This document shows positions 1-7,407 of a DNA stretch of 64,000 nucleotides, in pieces. Position numbers and translations under genes: made by a program. How positions within the stretch are numbered: the stretch's first letter is position 1; the number at the start of each line of letters is the position of its first letter. The DNA is from Escherichia phage ECML-359. Below the pieces are notes generated by a model. It ran no database searches. It was not told where the DNA came from and worked only from the letters and a program-made list of their open reading frames with translations. The DNA is taken from the sequence record OL631482.1. One strand, written 5' to 3'.

Positions 1-249
1 GACACCGTTTTCAACTTCGCCGCCGTTGTTTTCAATTTCATCTTTAAACCACTGGGAGCACTCATAACCGACAGGATAATATGTACGGCCTGAACCATAA
101 TCACCGGTACCGAATTGGATACCATATTCATCTGCGATTTCTTCACAGTGTTTTTCAATTTCAGAGGTCTTATTTAGAAGAGAATAGATAGCTTTTTCTG
201 CAGATTTCTCATCATAATACTTGGGGATAGCAATTTCAATTTTATTCAT
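1..249 (-). CDS. hypothetical protein, N-terminal part only (continues past window start)
   Basis: Hand translation of minus strand from ATG at 249-247 gives MNKIEIAIPKYYDEKSAEKAIYSLLNKTSEIEKHCEEIADEYGIQFG... with no stop to position 1; ATGA overlap with stop of ORF 246..599. Confidence 0.4.
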   Translation of the reverse strand, partial: MNKIEIAIPKYYDEKSAEKAIYSLLNKTSEIEKHCEEIADEYGIQFGTGDYGSGRTYYPVGYECSQWFKDEIENNGGEVENGV

Positions 250-599
250 GATTTACATTCCTTAATAAAGGTTTCAAGGTCATTACGTTTTGTTTTGTCT
301 AGGAACTTATTATACTCAGCCATTGCTGAAGCGTATCTCTTCCGACTAGGAGCATTCAAGGCATTTGTGTGACAGATATCATACACAACAGGGATAAAAT
401 AAGCCACAACAGCCGGAGCGATTATCATAAAGAAGCCCATCTCAATAGGCATGACTCCCTCGATTGCAGCCATAACCGTGGTCATTACCAGACCAACCAA
501 ACCACCAAGCATACCGGTAGCAATCCCTAATAATAAATTGGCACCAATATCATATTCAGCCAATTGATAAACATGTGATGCAAGACTAGGCCGTTCCAT
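246..599 (-). CDS. small membrane protein, unknown function
   Basis: ORF track 246..692 trimmed to ATG (MERPSLASH...) preceded by GGAGG; two hydrophobic helices; C-terminal charged tail ...ETFIKECKS. Confidence 0.55.
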   Translation of the reverse strand: MERPSLASHVYQLAEYDIGANLLLGIATGMLGGLVGLVMTTVMAAIEGVMPIEMGFFMIIAPAVVAYFIPVVYDICHTNALNAPSRKRYASAMAEYNKFLDKTKRNDLETFIKECKS

Positions 600-945
600 T
601 ACGAACCTCCTTAATAAATTCTTCGGCACATTTAATTTTGTGCTCTTCTTGTAGGGAAACACATTTTTGTTCCCACTCTTTAACTCGTCCACGATATCCT
701 TTATTCATATGATTTTGATGCCACACATTTATCAAAATCATACTCAGGACTGTAATAAAAGGAGCTGCAATTATTAGTGCCCAGGCGACTCCAACACTAA
801 TGATACCCATATCTCCACAAACAACCATCATTATAACCCCAACGATGCACATGGACAGCGCCCCAAATGGAGGCATAAGGTCTTTATCAATCTTGTCTGC
901 ATATACAAATTTTTCTGGTTTACTTGGCAGATATAGCGTTCGCAT
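586..945 (-). CDS. small membrane protein, unknown function (paralog-like of 246..599)
   Basis: ORF track 586..981 trimmed to ATG (MRTLYLPSK...) with AAGGGG RBS; two hydrophobic helices; C-terminal ...EEFIKEVRNGTA resembles neighbour. Confidence 0.5.
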   Translation of the reverse strand: MRTLYLPSKPEKFVYADKIDKDLMPPFGALSMCIVGVIMMVVCGDMGIISVGVAWALIIAAPFITVLSMILINVWHQNHMNKGYRGRVKEWEQKCVSLQEEHKIKCAEEFIKEVRNGTA

Positions 946-1474
946 TTTGAACCCCTTTAGCATATTCACGACATTCAGCAATAAAACGATTAAGTTTACG
1001 TTTCCGTTTACGACTTTCTAATGTGTACTCAGCCGCCAAATCAAGAAGCTCATCTTTATCATAATTTTTAATATCCGTATAAGCGGGACGACGGTCAACC
1101 ATTCCAAAGTGGTCACCATTTTCTAACATCAAATAACACACCAAATGGTCATCATCGTCCGCATTAGTAAGCTGTTTATAATCACTTGGTTCGTTTAAAG
1201 CATATACTGAATAACGTAGTCCAGCGAATTCCACTCGTTGAATACCCAGATTTACATCAATAATTTCCAAGGCATCTGCGAAAGAAAGGTCTTCAGCTAA
1301 AGCAAAAATAAAAGGCAATTTGGTAGTATCGCCGCGACTTGTTGTTCTTCTTAAGAAATCATTGGAATAGCCCAAGTCGCGGCGGATTCTATAAAGAACT
1401 GTGTTAGTTTCAGTGGCAAGACCACTACCGCCAAACCATTCCACATTTGATAAAAGATTATCATATAAAGTCAT
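920..1474 (-). CDS. hypothetical protein
   Basis: ORF track 920..1492 trimmed to ATG (MTLYDNLLSN...) preceded by GGAGAGGAG; acidic patch DDDDH; basic RKRKRK segment. Confidence 0.6.
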   Translation of the reverse strand: MTLYDNLLSNVEWFGGSGLATETNTVLYRIRRDLGYSNDFLRRTTSRGDTTKLPFIFALAEDLSFADALEIIDVNLGIQRVEFAGLRYSVYALNEPSDYKQLTNADDDDHLVCYLMLENGDHFGMVDRRPAYTDIKNYDKDELLDLAAEYTLESRKRKRKLNRFIAECREYAKGVQNANAISAK

Positions 1475-1494
1475 AATTTTCTCCTCTCCCAATT

Positions 1495-1514
1495 AAGGGG
1501 GCTTTGCCCCCTTT
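1495..1514 (-). terminator. hairpin terminator
   Basis: aagggggctttgccccc followed by ttt. Confidence 0.45.
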
Positions 1515-1517
1515 ATC

Positions 1518-2111
1518 TTACTTAAGTGAATTGATGTATTCTTCAATGTCAGCGGACGTGGTATCCACACCAACCTGTGGACCTTTGAAGGTTTCAACAC
1601 GCATCAAGGTGTCTTCAATATCAATCTTAGTCAATGCAGCGATTTCAACAACATCATCTGCAGTCGCAATACCCAGGGCAGATACCTTACGGGTTTCGCG
1701 GATGTATTCCAGTTTAACAGCTAGTTCCTGACGAGAATCATCCAGCTCTTTAACTTTCAATTTAATTTCATTACGCATTTCAACATAATCGTCTGCCTTC
1801 TTACGAAGTTGTTTAGCAGTGCGACGATACAGGAGACCCAGTTTAGCATGGACCTGGACATCCGCGCCATCAGCAATCAGTTTGCGGATTTCACGCTCTT
1901 TTGAAGCGGCGAGTTGGTCTTTTTCATTCGCTAACTCGCGGATGCGTTTTTCTTCATTAACAGACTTAACGTGGGCGGTCTGGAGCTCAGTAATCTTGTC
2001 AATCAGGGTAGACGCCGCTTGAGTATATTGGTCTTCAATAGACAGGTTTTTTGCCATTGCAGTACCCAGTTTGGAGCGGATGAATTCAACAAGTTTCTTT
2101 AAAGTATTCAT
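1518..2111 (-). CDS. coiled-coil protein, unknown function (weak PspA/IM30-like heptad pattern)
   Basis: 197-aa ORF, strongly heptad-patterned charged sequence; hairpin terminator downstream at about 1495-1514. Confidence 0.6.
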   Translation of the reverse strand: MNTLKKLVEFIRSKLGTAMAKNLSIEDQYTQAASTLIDKITELQTAHVKSVNEEKRIRELANEKDQLAASKEREIRKLIADGADVQVHAKLGLLYRRTAKQLRKKADDYVEMRNEIKLKVKELDDSRQELAVKLEYIRETRKVSALGIATADDVVEIAALTKIDIEDTLMRVETFKGPQVGVDTTSADIEEYINSLK

Positions 2112-2183
2112 GGTATTTCCTTCAGTTGGTTAATGTTTTATTATCCAGGGAACATACTATCATGTTCCCATTAAAGCACTAAT

Positions 2184-2489
2184 TTAGATTTTGTTTTCCT
2201 GCACACCATAGTAAAGTTCATCAGACACAATATCCAGGATGCGGCGAACATATTCATCATGGTATTGGCAGTCAAAATCAAATGCAACAGTAGTTTCCGC
2301 TTCACGAGTGAATTTAACTTGCACATTCAGGTGATTAACAACGTTAGTTAATTTATCAGTAAAGAACTCTTTTGCTACCGCCTGTTGGACTTGCACTTTA
2401 AACTTGGTGTTACGAATCATATTTTCAGCAGATGCGAAATTACCAGTTTTATCAAAGTCAACAAGCGCCAGGTTGATGATGAATTTCAT
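2184..2489 (-). CDS. hypothetical early protein
   Basis: 101-aa ORF; GGAG RBS; preceded by early-promoter stem-loop cassette 2490-2572. Confidence 0.6.
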   Translation of the reverse strand: MKFIINLALVDFDKTGNFASAENMIRNTKFKVQVQQAVAKEFFTDKLTNVVNHLNVQVKFTREAETTVAFDFDCQYHDEYVRRILDIVSDELYYGVQENKI

Positions 2490-2572
2490 TTTATTCTCCA
2501 GTGTTTTATTTGGTAACTCAGTATGGAATCATTATGCCTTAAAGCAGGGGGCTTGTATACCCCCTTTTTGAA
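2490..2572 (-). promoter_or_regulatory. early promoter with stem-loop and conserved leader
   Basis: hairpin agggggcttgtataccccct; -10 CATAAT; leader shared with copies at 3005-3086, 3513-3600, 41022-41100. Confidence 0.55.
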
Positions 2573-3004
2573 TTAAATTTCAAATTCTTTGCGGAAGTTG
2601 GAAGCATAAGACTGAACTGATGCTTTGTTGAATCCAAACTCACGCACAATCATATCAATAACAGCTCTGCGAGCAGCACCATTAGACATATTAACAGTTT
2701 TGAACATATCATAGCATAAATCTTTGTTGCTCATACCGGAGCGTTTAGGTGCCTTACGTTCAGCTTTAGGAGTAGGTTTAACTTCTGGTTTAACCTGTCC
2801 ATCATTCAGACCTTTAAAAATTTTACCTGCCAGAGTTGCCAGTTTAGCAGCTTCGCCACGAGTGATACCAAATACTGCCGGGTTAAATGAAATACCTTCA
2901 GCTGCCAGACGTTTGAAGAACATACGTGCTGCGGATTGTGCTTCAGCTTCAGAAGAGTTGTTTAATGCCAGCTTAACGTACTTAACCAGTTTTGAAGTTT
3001 TCAT
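2573..3004 (-). CDS. hypothetical early protein with shared C-terminal module
   Basis: 143-aa ORF; C-terminal NGAARRAVIDMIVREFGFNKASVQSYASNFRKEF shared with 3087..3512; own early promoter 3005-3086. Confidence 0.65.
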   Translation of the reverse strand: MKTSKLVKYVKLALNNSSEAEAQSAARMFFKRLAAEGISFNPAVFGITRGEAAKLATLAGKIFKGLNDGQVKPEVKPTPKAERKAPKRSGMSNKDLCYDMFKTVNMSNGAARRAVIDMIVREFGFNKASVQSYASNFRKEFEI

Positions 3005-3086
3005 TTTATTCTCCAGTGTTTTATTTGGTAACTCAGTATGGGATAATTATACACTATCCCACTTGGAAGTAAAACACTTTTCTCAA
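3005..3086 (-). promoter_or_regulatory. early promoter (-35 GTTTTAC, 17-nt spacer, -10 TATAAT) with -10 in the loop of a gggata/tatccc stem-loop
   Basis: minus-strand reading GTTTTACttccaagtgggatagtgTATAATtatccca...GGAG. Confidence 0.6.
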
Positions 3087-3512
3087 TTATTTTTGAGCTT
3101 TGCGGAAGTTGGAAGCATATGACTGAACAACAGTCTTTTTGATATCATGGGTGTTAACCAGAACATCAATCAGGGCGCGGCGAGCTGCACCATCTGCCAT
3201 ATCAATTTCTGCAAATGCCTGGAAGCAAATGTCACGAGCATTACCAGATTTGGACTGGATTTTTTCTTCTTTAACTTCTTCAATTGGGAATTCAATCATT
3301 TCAGCTTGGATTAATTCAATGATAGATTCTTTTGACTGTTTGGTGTTTACCTTCAGTTCAGAATTAAGGGACTTAGCGATGGCAACAATCTGGGTTGAAG
3401 TCAGATGAATAAGTGCATCTTCACGAATGCAGATTTCACATACTTCGTCGGCAACCATTTTGTTAGTGATGCGGGTAACAGAGAATGCAGAAGTCAGGGT
3501 CAGGAAGTTCAT
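3087..3512 (-). CDS. hypothetical early protein with shared C-terminal module
   Basis: ORF track 3087..3593 trimmed to ATG (MNFLTLTS...) with GGAGA RBS; C-terminal DGAARRALIDVLV...VVQSYASNFRKAQK. Confidence 0.6.
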   Translation of the reverse strand: MNFLTLTSAFSVTRITNKMVADEVCEICIREDALIHLTSTQIVAIAKSLNSELKVNTKQSKESIIELIQAEMIEFPIEEVKEEKIQSKSGNARDICFQAFAEIDMADGAARRALIDVLVNTHDIKKTVVQSYASNFRKAQK

Positions 3513-3600
3513 TTTATTTCTCCAAAGTTTTGTTTGATTCAGTGTGTAACTCAGTATGGAATCATTATGCATCCAGTCAATTCGGATGTACACTACTTTT
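3513..3600 (-). promoter_or_regulatory. early promoter (-35 GTGTAC, 17-nt spacer, -10 CATAAT) with conserved leader
   Basis: same leader ccatactgagtta... as neighbouring cassettes. Confidence 0.55.
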
Positions 3601-3617
3601 TGAAGAAATATTAAAAA

Positions 3618-3637
3618 TAAACCCGCCGAAGCGGGTT
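3618..3637 (-). terminator. hairpin terminator
   Basis: aaacccgccgaagcgggttt. Confidence 0.5.
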
Positions 3638-3640
3638 TGA

Positions 3641-4195
3641 TTAGTTCTTATAAAAGCGGAACGGATTTATATGAAAGGCGAGCATAGCCTTAGGGATTGG
3701 TCGGGACAGAAGACTCTTGAGCTTCCAGCCACAATAAACGCGCAGATAAAAGGTGATTCCACCGACCTTGAGATAAGGAACAGAAGCAAAAACACCCCAG
3801 GCATTATCCGTCCACATCCAGAGCCATCCGTGATGAGCTTTATCCGGGGAGCCGGATTCAACATCAGGATTACCTTTATAATGGAATTCTGAATTGCAAT
3901 CACGACCGAGCTTGTGGTAAGCAAAATTGTATGCTTTGTTTCGCCAGAGCCAGGCTACTCGTTGGAAGTAAACACCTAATGGCCATTTTCGGATTTTTGA
4001 CCAACGCTCGACATGACCCCGGTCACCATCAATCGGATTATCATAAGTCATCATCCAATCAAACCCGAACGGAAGTTTACCAGTCTTTTTATTATGGAAT
4101 GGAACTACAAATGGAGCCAGGATAACGGCCAGAATCATGGAGATAAAATCCAGTGGAACTAACAGAATCCAACTCAAATATTTTAACAGTTTCAT
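3641..4195 (-). CDS. membrane-anchored Trp-rich protein, unknown function
   Basis: ORF track 3641..4273 trimmed to ATG (MKLLKYLSWILL...); N-terminal TM helix; hairpin terminators on both sides. Confidence 0.6.
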   Translation of the reverse strand: MKLLKYLSWILLVPLDFISMILAVILAPFVVPFHNKKTGKLPFGFDWMMTYDNPIDGDRGHVERWSKIRKWPLGVYFQRVAWLWRNKAYNFAYHKLGRDCNSEFHYKGNPDVESGSPDKAHHGWLWMWTDNAWGVFASVPYLKVGGITFYLRVYCGWKLKSLLSRPIPKAMLAFHINPFRFYKN

Positions 4196-4223
4196 ACGTT
4201 TCTCTTTAGTTGATTTATAAAAA

Positions 4224-4246
4224 AGCCCCAACCTTTCGGAAGGGGC
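4224..4246 (-). terminator. hairpin terminator after 4285..4668
   Basis: agccccaacctttcggaaggggct. Confidence 0.45.
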
Positions 4247-4284
4247 TATACCTTGTCGGGGTTCCACCTGCAAGGCAAGTGTTC

Positions 4285-4668
4285 TTATCCGCGAGCGAAT
4301 GCCATTGCGGCGCGTTCGTTGGCACGGTCGGTGATGTTCAAGAATTTATCACGAGCGATTTCGATTGGAGCGCCAACCCAGTCAGCAGCACCATTACCTG
4401 GAGACTGTTTAGGGCGAACCATATAAGTTGAAACTTTAGAACCGGCCAGTTTGGCACCTGGTGCCGCGGCATTTTTAACGTCTTTAGCTTTGATGCCAAA
4501 CCCAGTTACGATACCCCAAGAAACACCATTAACTGGTTTCTTGAACATAACACGGTCACCAATTGAAACACCGGCTTTTTCTGGAGCCACTAAAGAAAAT
4601 TTACCAGCTTCAGTCAGTACGGATTCGGTGATGGTATTGCGATTTAAAAATTCTGCATATGTAAGCAT
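4285..4668 (-). CDS. internal-protein-like protein with capsid-targeting-like N-terminus
   Basis: N-terminus MLTYAEFLNRN resembles T4 internal-protein leader MKTYQEFIAEA; TATAAATA late promoter on minus strand just upstream (about 4702-4709). Confidence 0.55.
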   Translation of the reverse strand: MLTYAEFLNRNTITESVLTEAGKFSLVAPEKAGVSIGDRVMFKKPVNGVSWGIVTGFGIKAKDVKNAAAPGAKLAGSKVSTYMVRPKQSPGNGAADWVGAPIEIARDKFLNITDRANERAAMAFARG

Positions 4669-4701
4669 TTTGTTTTTCCATTATTAGGGTTGTTGTTAAT
4701 A

Positions 4702-4709
4702 TTTATATT
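4702..4709 (-). promoter_or_regulatory. late promoter TATAAATA
   Basis: reverse complement of tatttata about 40 nt upstream of ATG of 4285..4668. Confidence 0.5.
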
Positions 4710-4715
4710 CCATAG

Positions 4716-4900
4716 TACCGGATGCACCATCCGCTCGGATTTCTCATACTACCGGACGCACCGTCCGCTCTGGAAAAACTCCGTTAAAAGGGTGCGCCGT
4801 TTCAGCTGTGGTAGTAAAGAACCAGAACACAGTAAAACTGTGGGAGGAACTATACTTCAGGGAACGTCAGTCCGACGACTTACCGGTAGCGACCCGGTTT
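4716..4900 (-). ncRNA. candidate small structured RNA downstream of the tRNA genes (position analogous to T4 stable RNAs C/D)
   Basis: two near-identical short hairpins (ccggatgcaccatccg / ccggacgcaccgtccg) as a direct repeat; no convincing ORF; same strand and just downstream of tRNAs. Confidence 0.25.
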
Positions 4901-5156
4901 CTCATTCAATTGTAATAGCTAATTTGACTTTAACAACCTTATAATTGGAATCAAGGTCATTGAATTCCATAAAATTTGTTGCTAATCTGCGAGTCGGGAA
5001 ACTTAGATATTTATTATGCTCAGGTGGAGCAGTTAATGCAAACCATGGGACTTGTTTATCATTTTCATCAAACTCATCAAAGCTATAAACCAGCTCGTTG
5101 TTGGTTATATCCATAACTGCATATGATTCACTAATAACCATAATATCCTCGGTAAT

Positions 5157-5233
5157 TGGTCGGGGTGGTGGGATTCTAACCCACAACCTACGGTTTAGAA
5201 GACCGTTGCTCTATACAATTGAGCTACACCCCG
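5157..5233 (-). tRNA. tRNA-Arg (anticodon TCT)
   Basis: Hand-folded cloverleaf: acceptor CGGGGTG/CACCCCG, anticodon loop CTTCTAA, T-arm GTGGG-TTAGAAT-CCCAC, encoded CCA. Confidence 0.85.
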
Positions 5234-5309
5234 GGTGGCCCCATCCGGACTTGAACCGGAAACCTGCCAGTTATGAGCCGGATGCTCTAACCAATTGAGC
5301 TACAGGGCC
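5234..5309 (-). tRNA. tRNA with CAT anticodon (Met by anticodon; the T4 counterpart with CAU is tRNA-Ile)
   Basis: acceptor GGCCCTG/TGGGGCC, D-arm GCTCAATTGGTTAGAGC, anticodon loop CTCATAA, T-arm CCGG-TTCAAGT-CCGG; directly abuts tRNA-Arg. Confidence 0.8.
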
Positions 5310-5314
5310 TAAAA

Positions 5315-5584
5315 TTAAATTACAAATCCAGCGGGAGCATTATCATCTTTAACCATATGCTGAATTGTATGATAAGTCATTTCTTCTGGTGCAACCAGAT
5401 AAGCCGCCGTATTAACCAACGGGATTAATTTGACTTTATTGAATGTTGAACAACCAATTGACATAAAGGTTTCACCTGTTGGATGCTGAATTTCACCAAA
5501 TTGGCACTCATACGAAATAGAGCAACGTTTGGTAGTGGTTGTCTTTGTTTTAGGGTCGTAAAAAGCTAATTTTAATACTAACAT
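5315..5584 (-). CDS. hypothetical protein
   Basis: 89-aa ORF immediately upstream of tRNA genes on same strand. Confidence 0.5.
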   Translation of the reverse strand: MLVLKLAFYDPKTKTTTTKRCSISYECQFGEIQHPTGETFMSIGCSTFNKVKLIPLVNTAAYLVAPEEMTYHTIQHMVKDDNAPAGFVI

Positions 5585-5704
5585 AACACCTCAAGTAAAA
5601 TTAAGTAAAGTAAGTTTGATTAATAGCACATGCTATTATGAAAGGTTCTTTGAGGGAAGAACCTTTGGTAATAGAGGGTACTTATTAATAATAACGCGTT
5701 TTTG

Positions 5705-6187
5705 TTAAAGCATATCAAGCGCTTTAACAGATGGGATTTGGATTTCTTCTTCGATTATATATAGCTTAACATAAGAAATTACACGCATGAAATCGCCAGC
5801 ATATTCGCAAGCCATACCAAGGAGCTCAGTAAGGGCTTCATTCAGGTAGTATTCTTCATCATCGCCATTTAGCAATGCATCTAAATCTTCTACACCCAAA
5901 ACCTTACTTAAAAATTCATGGGTTAACTGACCAGATTTTACGCCAGATTCAATGTGGGCGATAACCAAGTGTTTAACCACATCCCATTTTGAATTACCAC
6001 ATTTGTTGTGGTTGTTGCAATGCGAACCATGGAAAAGTTCCAGGATATATTTGTACTGTTGGATTTCTTGTTCTTCTACGCCAAATACCGTTTGGGTTTT
6101 ATAATTATCACCATCATTTTCCCAGGTTTCAATTTCAATCACATAACCTTTAGGGATGGTCTGACCAAATTTGATATTCATAATCAA
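5705..6187 (-). CDS. hypothetical protein with Cys/His cluster
   Basis: 160-aa ORF; HGSHCNNHNKCGNS motif; acidic C-terminal half. Confidence 0.55.
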   Translation of the reverse strand: MIMNIKFGQTIPKGYVIEIETWENDGDNYKTQTVFGVEEQEIQQYKYILELFHGSHCNNHNKCGNSKWDVVKHLVIAHIESGVKSGQLTHEFLSKVLGVEDLDALLNGDDEEYYLNEALTELLGMACEYAGDFMRVISYVKLYIIEEEIQIPSVKALDML

Positions 6188-6564
6188 CCTTCATCAACAA
6201 TAGTATGTGTATTAGCATTAACAATCTGCCACCAGTCAAAACGGTTGGAACCATAACAAGGCTTCTTCTCGTTTTCTTTAATGATATCACGCAGTTCATC
6301 TTCAGTCGCAGCTTTTGCAATTAAGTCAGCATAACCGCCACGAGGATAATAGCTATCACCTGCAAAGAGCAAAAAGTTTGTTTTGATATTCTTGAATTCT
6401 TCAAGTGTAATAACTGTTCCATTGGGTTGAACAATATCCACATAACTATACCCTAATTCCTGGGCTTTATCTACCGCCTCAAGCAGGGTGTCGTGTGCCC
6501 ACCCAATTTGACAATCTGGTTTTTCAGATGGGTTTGCCTGATAATCCGCATACACTTTATACAT
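6184..6564 (-). CDS. hypothetical protein
   Basis: ORF track 6184..6612 trimmed to ATG (MYKVYADYQ...); ATGA overlap with 5705..6187. Confidence 0.55.
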   Translation of the reverse strand: MYKVYADYQANPSEKPDCQIGWAHDTLLEAVDKAQELGYSYVDIVQPNGTVITLEEFKNIKTNFLLFAGDSYYPRGGYADLIAKAATEDELRDIIKENEKKPCYGSNRFDWWQIVNANTHTIVDEG

Positions 6565-6565
6565 T

Positions 6566-6751
6566 TTACTCACCTTTGGAGATTTTATCCATAACGAAAG
6601 AGATTGAACCAATTAAAAATGCAACTACTAAAGAGATTATATTCTCAGAAGTTGAAAGCATATTCAACATAAAGCCAGCAAACATGCTAAAACCAAAAGC
6701 GGTAACAGCAACAAGGGCAGTAACATTTCTAATTAATTCGCAACGTTTCAT
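6566..6751 (-). CDS. small hydrophobic membrane peptide (61 aa)
   Basis: almost entirely hydrophobic; first gene after early promoter cassette 6752-6808; tightly coupled to downstream ORF. Confidence 0.45.
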   Translation of the reverse strand: MKRCELIRNVTALVAVTAFGFSMFAGFMLNMLSTSENIISLVVAFLIGSISFVMDKISKGE

Positions 6752-6808
6752 TTTATTCTCCTCAGTAGTTGATGGGATAATTATACGCTATCCCATTCAA
6801 AAGTACAC
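6752..6808 (-). promoter_or_regulatory. early promoter in stem-loop (tgggata/tatccca) upstream of 6566..6751
   Basis: -10 TATAAT in loop; -35-like GTGTAC 17 nt upstream. Confidence 0.5.
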
Positions 6809-7063
6809 TTATTTTTTAGGGATACGATAGTAACGCATCTCAACATCTTTCTGCTTGTGCCACTTTTTGATAAGGTCTTCAGAACCTTTAATGGTAACGA
6901 TGTCATAGCGACCATCATGCGATACTTCAGCACTTAACTGCATGAAGTTGTCTAGTGAACGGCGCAATTCCTCATTAGAAAAACTACCACGCGGGGAACC
7001 AACATAAGCAAACTCAACTTTTGCATCTGCGGCTTCGTTAATAAATTCTTGATAAGTTTTCAT
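6809..7063 (-). CDS. internal protein (capsid-targeting leader MKTYQEFINEA)
   Basis: N-terminus matches T4 IP capsid-targeting sequence; 84 aa; own promoter cassette. Confidence 0.75.
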   Translation of the reverse strand: MKTYQEFINEAADAKVEFAYVGSPRGSFSNEELRRSLDNFMQLSAEVSHDGRYDIVTIKGSEDLIKKWHKQKDVEMRYYRIPKK

Positions 7064-7119
7064 GTTGTCTCCAGTAGTTGATGAGATAATTATACTGCAG
7101 TTATCCCATCGCGTATACT
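7064..7119 (-). promoter_or_regulatory. early promoter in stem-loop (internal-protein cassette)
   Basis: gatgagataattatactgcagttatcccatc; -10 TATAAT. Confidence 0.5.
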
Positions 7120-7362
7120 TTATTTTAAGTCTTCCAGACGTTTTTTCATCTTGGTGCCGTTCTTAGCAATCTCGCCTGCATCAGAACAAAGAGCAAGGAG
7201 AGCTTTAACTTTACCCTGGTCGCCTTTAAAAGATGATGCATCTACTGAATCAGCAAGTTCTTTGATACGTGCAAACAGGCGCTCTGCTTCAGCAAGGGCT
7301 TGACCAAGTTTAACTTCCATACCATGGGAAGATTCTGTTATAAATGTTTGATAAGTTTTCAT
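7120..7362 (-). CDS. internal protein (leader MKTYQTFITES)
   Basis: capsid-targeting-like N-terminus; 80 aa; own promoter cassette 7363-7407. Confidence 0.7.
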   Translation of the reverse strand: MKTYQTFITESSHGMEVKLGQALAEAERLFARIKELADSVDASSFKGDQGKVKALLALCSDAGEIAKNGTKMKKRLEDLK

Positions 7363-7407
7363 GTTGTCTCCAAGCCATAAAAAGGGGATAATTATCCCCT
7401 TTTGTTA
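7363..7407 (-). promoter_or_regulatory. perfect 24-nt palindrome aaaaggggataattatcccctttt (terminator/promoter cassette)
   Basis: perfect inverted repeat between two internal-protein genes. Confidence 0.5.

Noticed and set aside
4902-5186. 94-aa minus-strand ORF overlapping tRNA-Arg
   Set aside because: Overlaps a well-folded tRNA and the candidate structured-RNA region; no RBS.
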